Shown here: positions 1 through 12,100 of the stretch, piece after piece
Layout: every line of letters begins with the position of its first letter
How positions within the stretch are numbered: the stretch's first letter is position 1
Program-made: the position numbers and the translations under genes
The notes under the pieces: model-generated
Seen by the model: the letters and a program-made list of their open reading frames with translations, nothing else
Databases searched by the model: none
What the model was told of the DNA's origin: nothing
NCBI GenBank assembly: GCA_903813345.2
Contig: CAIIXF020000001.1
Location: forward strand, 36,580,001 to 36,644,000
DNA: 64,000 nt
From: Owenia fusiformis
Lineage: Eukaryota
Reading direction: 5' to 3'

Positions 1-105
1 GAGAACTTCAGTAACCAATACTTTGACCTGAAGTGGTTGGAAGGGAAAGGTGCCAGCTCTGGAGCCAAACTACCAAGATTAGAGAAACTTAAAGCAAACA
101 AACCT
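1..105 (+). CDS. XRN1: XRN1 exon (partial), ENFSNQYFDLKWLEGK
   Basis: Open frame, DLKW motif, donor GTGAGT at 106. Confidence 0.8.
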
Positions 106-3100
106 GTGAGTACATTGGCAGAATACTATGAAGTTTAGGTTATGAGGTTGACAAAGAAAAGAATTTTTGGGATGCACTTGTACAATTTCATATTAGTTTA
201 TAATGAGTAATTTGCACTCCATTGATTAGTATAAAAGGGTGGTACTACTATAAGGATTGGAAGAATAATCAAATCTTAAAGTAAAACTCAAAAGTTATGG
301 TTATTTGGAATTTTTTTAGAGCGTACAAACAGCAAACCAGTTTTCCGCATTAGATGGCAGCACTGAAACTCCTGAAATATCCCAAGAGAATGATGATATC
401 ATGGTTTTTGGTAAGTCACATCGTATGCTTCTGAATGGACTGATAAAAAGAAATAATGGTAGTTTTTCAAAAAATGTACAAAGCAGTGGCGTAGCGTCAT
501 ATACGCATAAAACGCCATAGCGTACTCTCAAAGTTTAGAGAAACGTGAATTTTTGATATTGAAATGACCAATATTCTGAAGTAATGGCCTAACATTTTAT
601 TATTCCACATTATTTTTTCGTAGTCGGAATTTCGTATTTTAAAACGCCCCAGAACGCTTCAAATGCAATCTAATTTTTTCAAATTTTCTTGGGGGAAAGA
701 GCCCCCCCCCTCAAAGCTCGTTCGCTTTGCTCACTCGTGGCGTACACTCATAAAATACCCACGCTACGCCACTGCAAAGTATGTTGCATCGATCTGTTTG
801 AGCAGCAATAAAAAAATTAACATTTTTAAAATTCTTTATAAAATGCAATTTAAATGTTTGTAGTGTCGCTTTACTTTCATGATTTAAAAAAGAAAATCTT
901 AAAAATTGAATACAGTATTAAGTATTAATTTGAGATACTCTGTAGTTTACATTTCAACACTTTTTGAAATTCTCTAGTTCATATTTCTCAATATATTTGA
1001 GATGCATTTTTGCATGCGATTAAATTTTGCTTTATTACCGAAATTGTAATTTCTCAAAATTAAAACTCACGAAATTAAGCGGGGGTACAACAATATTGAG
1101 TAAAACTGACACTGTGCAAAAGAGATGGTTATGTAAGGCTTTCCTGCTATGATTGCAGACTTCTCAGATGATGAGCAAGATGATGTAGAAGAATACACTA
1201 GTAGCGAAGACGATGACGAAGAAGATGATGATGATGGCTTCAAAAAAGCCTTTACAAAATTTAAGAGACACTACTATATGGATAAACTTAAAATCAAAAA
1301 AGTGACACCGTGAGTCAATATATTCAGCTGAACTAGATGTTTAGTGTGTTATAAGAGGTTGTAATGGAATCTCTGAAAAATATTGCAATATATTCTTTTT
1401 TATATCCATAACACTTGCATTTATAAATGAGAATAAATCCTCAATATCGATTTCCATGTTGAAATTAGTTGTACATTTAACCTTTGTTTTTTTATTATGT
1501 AAACATTATGAAATGTATAGTATTTCTAATAATTATTTTCATACTTTGCTAATGGGTTAATTGCTCATTTAAAATCTTGCAAATTTGAATTCCAGTGAAG
1601 CATTACAAGAACAGGCTGTTGGCTATGTAAGGGGAATACAATGGATCTTACATTACTATTACAATGGTGTTCCTTCTTGGAGCTGGTGAGTTGATTCATG
1701 TTCTTTCAAGAGATGGTTGATTCACATTGTATATATAACCTATAACACATTACACCTTGAATCTGGAACACCTTAAACCTGACTTAAATCTTAAATCTTA
1801 TTTTTAAAGTTACAGAGATTTAAAGGAAAGCAAACAACCATTTTCTTTGTAAAATAAGTACTGGAATCATTTTCAATTAAATCTCAGAAAAATTAAGTAT
1901 ATTATTTATTGTTTTGTCAACTTAAGTACATTACTATCTTTTCATTTGAGGATCGGGGGTTGATGAACCATGCAAGGTTGACCAGTCAGAAAAGATTATA
2001 ATGAACATCATTAAAAATAATTAAAAAAAAGTACTTGGGTATCACTAGGTCTGCTTAAGTTATTGCAAAACTATTATAATTGAAGTAAATTCATATTTTG
2101 TAGGTACTTTGAGCACCATTATGCCCCTTATATGAGTGATGTAGCAAGGTTTCCCTCAGATATGACAATAGAGTTTGAACTCTCCACACCATTTCTACCA
2201 TTTGAGCAACTCATGGCTGTACTCCCTGCTGCTAGCAAGAATCTCCTGCCAAAACCACATCAGGTATTGTACACTACATAGCTTGGTGTTACACCCAAGT
2301 TATTTTATGTTATTCTGTTCCCTGCTGCTAGCAAGAATCTCCTGCCAAAACCACATCAGGTATTGTACACTACATAGCTTGGTGTTACACCCAAGTTATT
2401 TTATGTTATTCTGTTCCCTGCTGCAAGCAAGAATCTCCTGCCAAAACCACATCAGGTATTGTACACTACATAGCTTGGTGTTACACCCAAGTTATTTTAT
2501 GTTATTCTGTTCCCTGCTGCTAGCAAGAATCTCCTGCCAAAACCACATCAGGTATTGTACACTACATAGCTTGGTGTTACACCCAAGTTATTTTATGTTA
2601 TTCTGTTCCCTGCTGCAAGCAAGAATCTCCTGCCAAAACCACATCAGGTATTGTACACTACATAGCTTGGTGTTACACCCAAGTTATTTTATGTTATTCT
2701 GTTCCCTGCTGCTAGCAAGAATCTCCTGCCAAAACCACATCAGGTATTGTACACTACATAGCTTGGTGTTACACCCAAGTTATTTTATGTTATTCTGTTC
2801 CCTGCTGCTAGCAAGAATCTCCTGCCAAAACCACATCAGGTATTGTTCACTACATAGCTTGGTGTTACACCCAAGTTATTTTATGTTATTCTGTTCCCTG
2901 CTGCTAGCAAGAATCTCCTGCCAAAACCACATCAGGTATTGTACACTACATAGCTTGGTGTTACACCAAAGTTATTTTATGTTATTCTGTTCCATAGCTA
3001 TGCTCTGTCGTCCCTGCCTTATGAATGTGCCATATATCCATATGACTGCCAGTTGTAGTTGCCATTCATCATCCAATGGGATCTACACAATTATTGTTGC

Positions 3101-6100
3101 ATCAATACACCATGAATCCCATGATGTTCACTAACTACGAGGGCTCAAACAGATCAAAAATTGTACCTTTTTGATTGGTTTTTGATTTTGGTTTTAGGTT
3201 CTTATACTTTAGTATGATGCAGCAGATAATGTACATTTGACTCGCTTTATCTTGTACATGTACATGTATTTAAAATATTGAATGACCATGCTCTATATAA
3301 CATTACATTGTGTTCTAGCATACAATGCAATAGAGAATCAAACAAGTCTGATAAAATCAAAGTGAAAATAGTGTGCCAGGGTTTCCCGTTCCTTCTAGTA
3401 TGCATTTCGTTTTCTATTGTTTTCTTGTTATATTATAGAGATGTCAAGGAATATTTAAAGACATAACTCAGTATTTATTTCAGTCGTTGATGGTGATGGA
3501 CAACTCTCCTATAATAGACTTCTACCCTGTTGAATTTGAATCTGATCTCAATGGTAAACAACAAGACTGGGAAGCAGTGGTACTCATCCCATTCATTGAT
3601 GAGGTAAGTTCAACCAAGAAACCTACACCAACAAAAACATTTTAAAATTCACAATTCAAAATTACTTGTATACAGAATGTTAGAAAGGAGTTATTCATGA
3701 TGGAATGTGGAATGATTATGTATAATTAATTGTTTTTGTACAGTATAAAAACTATGTGTAGGATCATTTGTTCAAACCTATAAAGCATTTGTTTACACAT
3801 TTGTATTTTAGAAACGTCTGTTGGAGGCAATGGCTCCTATGAATCTTAAGATGACAGATGAAGAAAAGGCAAGGAACCAACATGGTCCCCACTATATGGT
3901 TCAGTATACCCCAGAGATGCAGGAACCGTTCATATCTTCTATGCCTGATGCCTTCCCGGATATTCTGGCAAATCATGCAAAGTAGGTTGATTTTGCATCA
4001 TGCAAAGTATGTTAATTCCGCAACATGCAAAGTAGGTTGATTTTGCATCATGCAAAGTAGGTTAATTTTGCACCATGCAAAGTAGGTTATTTTGTATTTT
4101 ACTAAGTAGGTTGTCTATGCATTATGAAAAAATAGATTGATTATGCATTATTAAAGTAGATTAGGCGAAATAATGAAAATAATGATGCACAAAGATATAA
4201 TTGCATCTACATTTTGATTCTCTATTCCTCCAGGCTGACTCTGTTCGATCAGGATATATTCAGAATACCACGAGACAAAATTAATCATGGACTTTGTCCA
4301 GGAGTCAGACTAGATGTCTACTTCCCTGGCTTTCCAACTTTAAAACATATCAGACATACGGTAAGTTTATGTATATTTGAAGCATGTGAAACAATCTTAC
4401 GGGAATTTTAAATTTCAAGCATGTATGATCAAAAAGTCAGTTTTCAAATGATACATCAATGAAGAGAATTTGTAGTGTATTTTTATTTACATTTTTATTG
4501 TAGTGTAAAAACAAGATTTTTAATACTCTTTTGTGTTGAAAAAATATTTAAATTACTTATATACTCTGCACTAACTAATTATCTAAGTACTCTGCCATTT
4601 CTTACTTATTAACATCACACTAATAATTTTTGATAAGTGAAACTGTTGTATATAAACCTGAACAATGAGTTTATAATCAGATAATACTATATAACATTCT
4701 TCAATCTTTACTTTTCTTTCACATTTAGGCATCCTTAAAGAAAGCAGGTGTGAAAGTGTTCCAGCAACAGAGTAGGGGAGAGAACATGATCCTTCAAATC
4801 CAAGATGACTCAGATCTAGTAAGTTTCTATTTTAATTTACCCCATGGGCATAACCTTAAAGAACTGCCACACCAAAATTAGATACAGTCAACTATTTTTA
4901 GATATTTTTATAGCATCCTTTGGAGGCTATATTGTTATCTGTTTGCCAGGTGGTTATTTGGGCAGGCAGGCAGACAGGGATTCATCTGAAATTTTCAGAG
5001 ATGCTCCTACATATGAAAGTTTCAAACTGATTAGTTTTTGGGCATTCTGGGGAAATGTTTAGGTGGCTATTATGCTAGTGTTATGCTGAATAAGCTCCAT
5101 TCCTCCTGAATAAATAGGAATGGAGCTGTTTATAGAATGTAGCAACAATATGATCCAAGATAGACCTTTGTCTTAATCAAATCATTCATAAACTGTTTTG
5201 GAAGAAGATTCATGTAATTTTCTTAGTTTGTTTCAAGAAATAAAGGCATCAAAAATAATCTTTTTCATGGACTTCTGGCTCAATTTTGCCTCTTTTCGAC
5301 TCCAGTTTTCTCACTGAAGTGCACCACAACTCTTACATGTTATTGTACACCCTAAAAGAAAACAGTGTTTATTTTCTTGTGCACTTTTTATTATGTTACA
5401 GGACCTAGAACAGACAGCACATGATATCCTTGGCACTTCTGTATTTGTCAACTGGCCTCATCTGTATGAAGCCAAGGTTGTAGAGATTTCTGATGATCAA
5501 TATAAGTAAGTAAGGGTTTAAAATATGCCATCAGTCTGTGCAATTAAAAAGCCAAATATATAAATAGGTTAGGAGGTTTTAAAGTTTTAGAAGGTTTTAA
5601 ATGTTATCTATAAACATATACCTTAGGCCATAAGAAGTAGATTGTTTTGCATCCTGGCAAAATTCAAATCATGCAAGTTACAAGAAACACACTCAAGAAA
5701 AAAACACAAACTTGTTTGCTGAGAAATGTATACATTTTATGGGCATAAAAAGGGATGACATGCCAATTTGCAGTGATTACAAACACATATCTATACATTG
5801 TACACAATATATTTAAACATAAATAAAGTTATTATTCAAGGGTACAAAATAAAAAAATACACAAATATACAAATATGCCAAAGTAATCAATAAGACTGTC
5901 AATTTTGATGCACATCAAATTATCCACCATTTCATCTGATTCTGATTGAACGAAATTCAATGGTACTTTTAGACCCTTGTGATTGCTATTTGGATGTTGT
6001 TTTTTCTGATTTACTCAAAATTGTGCAAGCAAGGGGCGCAAAGCAAGGAATCTACTTCTTATGGCCTTACCAATATATGAAGCATTTTACAGGTCTCGGT

Positions 6101-9100
6101 AAAATAATTTGATTTCTCTGAATAAAGGAATAAAGTATTTAAAAGATATTGTGTAATCCAGAGCTGAACTTACATAGAACCATATTGTTGTATTACAGGT
6201 ACTCTCTGGTAGAGTTCACCACACTGAAAGGTGGTAAGAAACAGTTTGAAATACGACGTGAAGAGATGAACCAGGGAGACGTGGCACTGTGGCATAGATG
6301 GGTGAACAGTATATCTGAGATGTACAGCAATAGGAGAGGGGTGGACATTTCACCTACTTTAGCTCTTATAAAGGCTCTACCTATGCAGGGCAGAAAGTAA
6401 GTAAATGAACAGTTGACTTTATCTGCACTCTTTGAATATAAGATTTTTATAAAGCCTATATGCAATTAGAAAAAGTAGTCAAAAATTGACAACACTATAT
6501 TCTCTGCCAATAAGTACCCTGCATTCATAGTGAATTTCAAATTTCCATTAAAGGCTACGTTTGAATTTTTGTGATTTTAGATGATAACTCATTATAATAT
6601 AAAAGCCAGGGGCATCTCTTAATTTCTTCATCTTGTTTTATGTAGATATATCTGTGGTCAACATGGCAGTAACATAACACTAGAGAAACAATGGGCAGCC
6701 AATCCAGGAGCTTATGTCCTGCAGTCTACTGTCAGAGTGAGTTCATTTAGATTCAATATTTTACTAAACCCTTTTTTGTGAATTGTACTGAATGGACAGC
6801 ATATACTGAAATCTAACCCACTCTGAGATTTGACAAATCAAATCTTGAAAATTGAGTCACTTTTCTGAAATATCAATTCAAAATTCAGATTTTATTGAGC
6901 TTCAATTCTTCATGGCCGTAGCAACTTATGATCATAATTCCTTTCATGTCAACAGAAATTAAAGTGACCCATCATTTTCAACATCTTTAGGATTATAAAT
7001 ATGTATATAAATTGAGCCAAACTAGTAATTGTATTTTCAGGATATAGCTGTTCATGATGAAACATTTACCCAATATCGAACCCTGCCAGAACTATTCCCT
7101 GTGAACTCCACTGTGTTTATGTTGGGGTCTCCACACTATGGAGCTGAGGGTAAAGTGGTAGCGATTGACCCTGGCAATGATGGTAGAATTAGTGTGGAAT
7201 TTTCCATCCTAGTTGAACCTGATCTAGATGAAGTTAGGCGAAAAAAGAATGTAAGTGAAACATAAAATAGATGTCACATACAGTACTAGTGAATGAGATG
7301 TTTCTCAAAAATACTTGCACATTTTGAAGTTCTTTTGGGTGCTCATATGAATAACTGTTTAAGTAAAGAATGACAGTTGGTCTGACCATCAAGATTGGCA
7401 TTCTGTATCTGTAACAATTTTTAAACTTTTCCAGCTTGGTACGGTGTCAACATTTTGATATGTTAATGCCTCATTTTCTTTTGCAGCTAGTATATCCCCA
7501 GGAGTATATCTGCAATATTTGCCCATGTATTTAATACACTAATTTGTCAAAGGAATTAATTGTTTCCATGGTTTCCTTTCAGCAACTGTCTGTGCATTAC
7601 ATGCCAGGGTACGTAATAGCACAGAGGACCGGGATCAGCTCTCACTTGCTGAGCAGAATCACAGGGACGATTTATTTATTTCGGGGCAGCACAGATGCCC
7701 CTCTGGAGCACAAACTCAATGTGGGGCTCAACCTGAAGTTCAACAAGAAGGGAGAGGAGGTCCCTGGATACACTAAGAAAAATGATGGAACCTGGCTATA
7801 TTCAACAAAAGCACTCAAGATTATTCAAGAATACATAGAAAAGTATGCAAAATTATAACATTATGAATAATGATACATTGCCATCTATATTTAAGATTGA
7901 GTTTATTTTCACTCAATGCAGGAAATATATTATTTATTATTAATATGTACAATATATTGACCTCTATACTGTGTGATCAGATACCTCAACTGATATCATT
8001 CTTGAGATCTTAATACACATTTGAATTTTTTCACTTGGTGCAGTAAATAACAATAAACTGAAACACTTGAGCTACAAGTATGCGCCAAAAGATTCATGCC
8101 TCCTGAAATCTTATTTTCATATGATATATTTCAGTTCTGTTGAGTTTTAATCAAACATTTAGCATATATGATTACTTCCAATATTGAAATGCAGGGAGTA
8201 CCTTTCAAGTGGCCATATGTTACATGAATATTATTAAAATAATATTGTAGATTCCCAGAATTATTTGAACACTTCTCGCAGAACCAGACCCATAATGATA
8301 ATTACTATGAGGAGGATGTGTTTGGATCCAACAGGTAATATTTTCAACATCATCTGCTAATAAATTGTCATTCTTGGCTCCATGTTTTGTAAAAGTTGTA
8401 TATTTTACATGTACTGTAATGATTATTTGGGGTATTGAAAATTCTTGTCTAAAGGGCACATGTAGGGCAAAAGAGGGTAATTTCATCACATGGGGTAATT
8501 TCATTTCCAGAAATACATGTAGGTTAATTTCTCTTGTTAAAAGTCTTGTGAAGTTTCCATCAAAGCAAGATAAAAACAAGGATTCTCCTTGGATTAGAAC
8601 TAAGAACCATGTGAATAGGAAAGTAAAGTTGAAGTTTAATGGTACCAGAATATGTCTTCATCAAAAAATCAGCCCTCAGGCCATGAGAAATCTTTGACAT
8701 TTTGAGCTTGTAAATTTAATTTTTCTGTCATCTAAGACTGTTTCTTTAGCTTTAGAATCCTCCAAATTATGGTTGTTCTCTACATAACATTGCATGTGAT
8801 TATTTCTAGTAAAGCCAGGATAAATGACTTGTCTAACTTCCTGAAACAGCTACCAAGCTTCAACTCAGCCAGAGCTGCACATGGAAGTGACTCACTAGAT
8901 GATCTTGTCATAAAAGCCATAGAGGAACAGATGGAAAAAGTAGATGTAAGATGGATCTCTATTCAAAAGATTAATGAGTAATTTTCCTGTATCCAAAACT
9001 CCAATTTTATGTCACTACAACAAGTGATTACATATTGTTATTGACTCCACACTTTTTGTGGTCAGTGTTTTGCACTCGGTGGTTGGTGTTCAGATGTTTG

Positions 9101-12100
9101 TGTTTGACATCTGTAACAAATGGCAGGTTGTAACTTTTTTTAGTTAGTCCCCTGTTAAAATTTAGGTACACCAGAATTTAAACTGAAATATTATGTTGTG
9201 AACCAGAGACATTTTCTTAGTGGTGATTTATTGTTAAAGTCTGCAACTTCATAAGTAAAGGAAAAAAATTGTTGTTGATTAATATTTTGCATCATTTATA
9301 GGAAATGAATAAGAAGAAAAAGAGACGAGTAAAAATGCAAGTTAGACCACATCTCTTATTCAGGGTAAGTACAAGTTTTGTAATTAACCACATCTCTTAT
9401 AGAGGGTAAGACAAGTTTTGTAATTAACCAATATCACCTCTTATTACTACCTCACATGATCCCCTCTGATTTGAATTAACAATAGAGGTGATCTGCAACA
9501 GTTTGTTGCCCTTCTGATTTGAATGGCATTTTCATTTTACAATAGTATTATATTGTAAATTATTGCTTTTTGCTGCAAACCATACTTTAACAAATGAATT
9601 ATTATTGTAGCCATTAGGCATCCAGGGCACCCTAACTCCAGACTCCTCTGCCACATATGAGGTGTTTGACAGGGTGGTGAACATTAGAGATGGATTCAGT
9701 GTCCCCATGGGACTGAGAGGCACAGTGGTTGCAATACAATCAGGTAAGTTATCTATGGGTCCACTCCACAGACAAAAGGGGAAGATCTCTGTAAATGTCA
9801 CAACACCTGACAAGCGAAGAGTTTTCAAAGTCCCATTTTTAGAAGCCACTGAATGCTAGCTAAACCTGTATAGATGACAAGATCCCCAGACATAAACAGG
9901 GAACAAGAATAAATCTCAACAAGACAGACAAAAATTCTTAATTGTTATGGTCTCCGATTTTTGTGACAGTGGTTGGTGACCGGCATCTGTAACAAATTCT
10001 TACAACTTCAAATAACTTAACAAATACTTCAGTCTTTTTCAAAATCATCTATATAAGTTTTCTGAAGTTCAAATATGACTTTAGATTTAAGATTTCACCT
10101 TCTTCTGGTCTTTTTTCAACTTGCTTCAAATTGACCACTTTTTTCAAAATCATCTACAAGTTCTCAAAAGTTAAAATCTGACTATGGATTTGAGATTTGA
10201 CCTTCAATGACCTTCTCAAGGTCAAAGAAGGTCAAAAAGGTCTTATTTCAACTTGATTCAAATTGACCATTTTTTTCAAAATCTGACTAGATTTGAGATT
10301 TCACCTTCAATGACATTCTCAGGGCCAAAAAGGTATTTTTTAACTTGCTTCAAATTGACCAATCTCCAAGTTCTCAAAAGTTCAAATCTAACCATAGATT
10401 CGAGATTTGACCTTTCCAAGGTCAAAAGACAATTGACCTTCAATGACCTTTTCAAGCTTCAAATTGACCAATCTTGTTTTCAAAATCATCTACAAGGTCT
10501 CAAAAGTTCAAATCTGACTATAGATTTGAGATTTGACCTTTAGTGACCTTCTCAAGGTCAAAAAGGTTTCATAATATTGTGAGCAACTAGGTGGTGACAT
10601 TTTGTCATGTTAATGCCTTGTATTAATATAGCTTTCAATGCACGATAATATAGCTTTATAACCACGATATAATAGGATTAATTAAATTCATATTTATTCA
10701 TTTGGCAGATGAAGCATGACATTTCAAATAATAAGAAGATGTTCAAGTTTCTTGCATCAATATCTTGCCATTTAAGTCATAAATCTCTTTCCTCATGTTC
10801 TGATCAATTATCACAGTAATTCAGCTTCTTCTTTGTTCTTTTAATTGATGTGTTCTCAGGTTCTGCAATAATGGCTATATTTTAAAAAATAGAATATAGT
10901 TTTCTAATGCTGATTGAAAAATCAATTTTGTATAGCATTCAAATAATGGATCTTTGCGAAGTGAGCTGATATATACATGTAAATATATACCCTGTAAAAT
11001 ATTAGGTTTTGCTTATTACTAATCTAGGCATCTAGCAAATATGTACATTGGGAAAACACAGAAAGCAACCTTATAAATGGGTCTATTAAAGGAGTAAATC
11101 CTAACACATTGTTTTTAACTATGTACTTATAAATGATCTGATGATGTGTTGATTAAATTGATTTATCATAATCAAATACATAAAGGGAATATATAATGGA
11201 GTTTGAAGGTTTTTCTCAAAAATTAGGTTTGAGTAGAATTGAACAAAATTTGAAGGATACAATTTTCATATATCATCTCTTCAAATATTATATTTAACTT
11301 TAAATAAATGTGATATTCGACAGGTAGTTGAAAATCATTAGCCCATTACCATAATTTTGTGAAAAATGTCAACTATTTTTGATGTTGTAATATTCTTTCT
11401 TTGAAAATAGAGTTATTCCATAAGTGATTCCAATCTCATAATAAGCATGCTGATACAATAATTATTTTCAAAAATGGTATTTAAAGGTATTTAAATTTTC
11501 TAGCATTACCAAAGATAATTTTTATATTATGGATTATTCTGAAAATTTGAGATTCATCTCTGATTTTTTGTGTGAAACAAAAAGAAAAAGAAACACTCTC
11601 TTGAATCAGCCCTCATATTTTATAACATCTTTTACAACAGTTTTATCATTTGCTAATTAATTCAATATGATCTAAATGGGCCACTTATGTGGTGTTATTA
11701 ATAACATATCAATAGTTTGTAGATGAAATTATAATATTAACAAAGAACTGACATTTAGAAGTCTTGTTCTGCTAAAAGCGCATTAAACATATAAATATCA
11801 AATTAATAGAGTATTTCATAATACTTGAATAGAGCAAGTAAACCAAGTGTTCACAGCATCACTAACATTGGTGAACATTTCACACATTGCAAAATATTTT
11901 CTCCATGCCATACAGGCCCTTAGCCAGGGGGGTTCGCACCCCCCCCCCCCTGGCCAAAAATTCTTTCAAAATCGTGCAGTTTTTCACCATTTTGAGCACT
12001 TCTCAAGTGATTTTAGCCTTATTTGGGCCAAAATTGTCAAATGTGAACCCCCCTGGAAATTTTTGAAAACTGAACCCCCTTGGCAAATCCTGGCTACGGG

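Noticed and set aside
2175..3134. 319-aa ORF of 32-aa repeats
   Set aside because: It is an off-frame reading of the 96-bp intronic array, starts at TTG and overlaps an XRN1 exon in another frame; no independent coding evidence.
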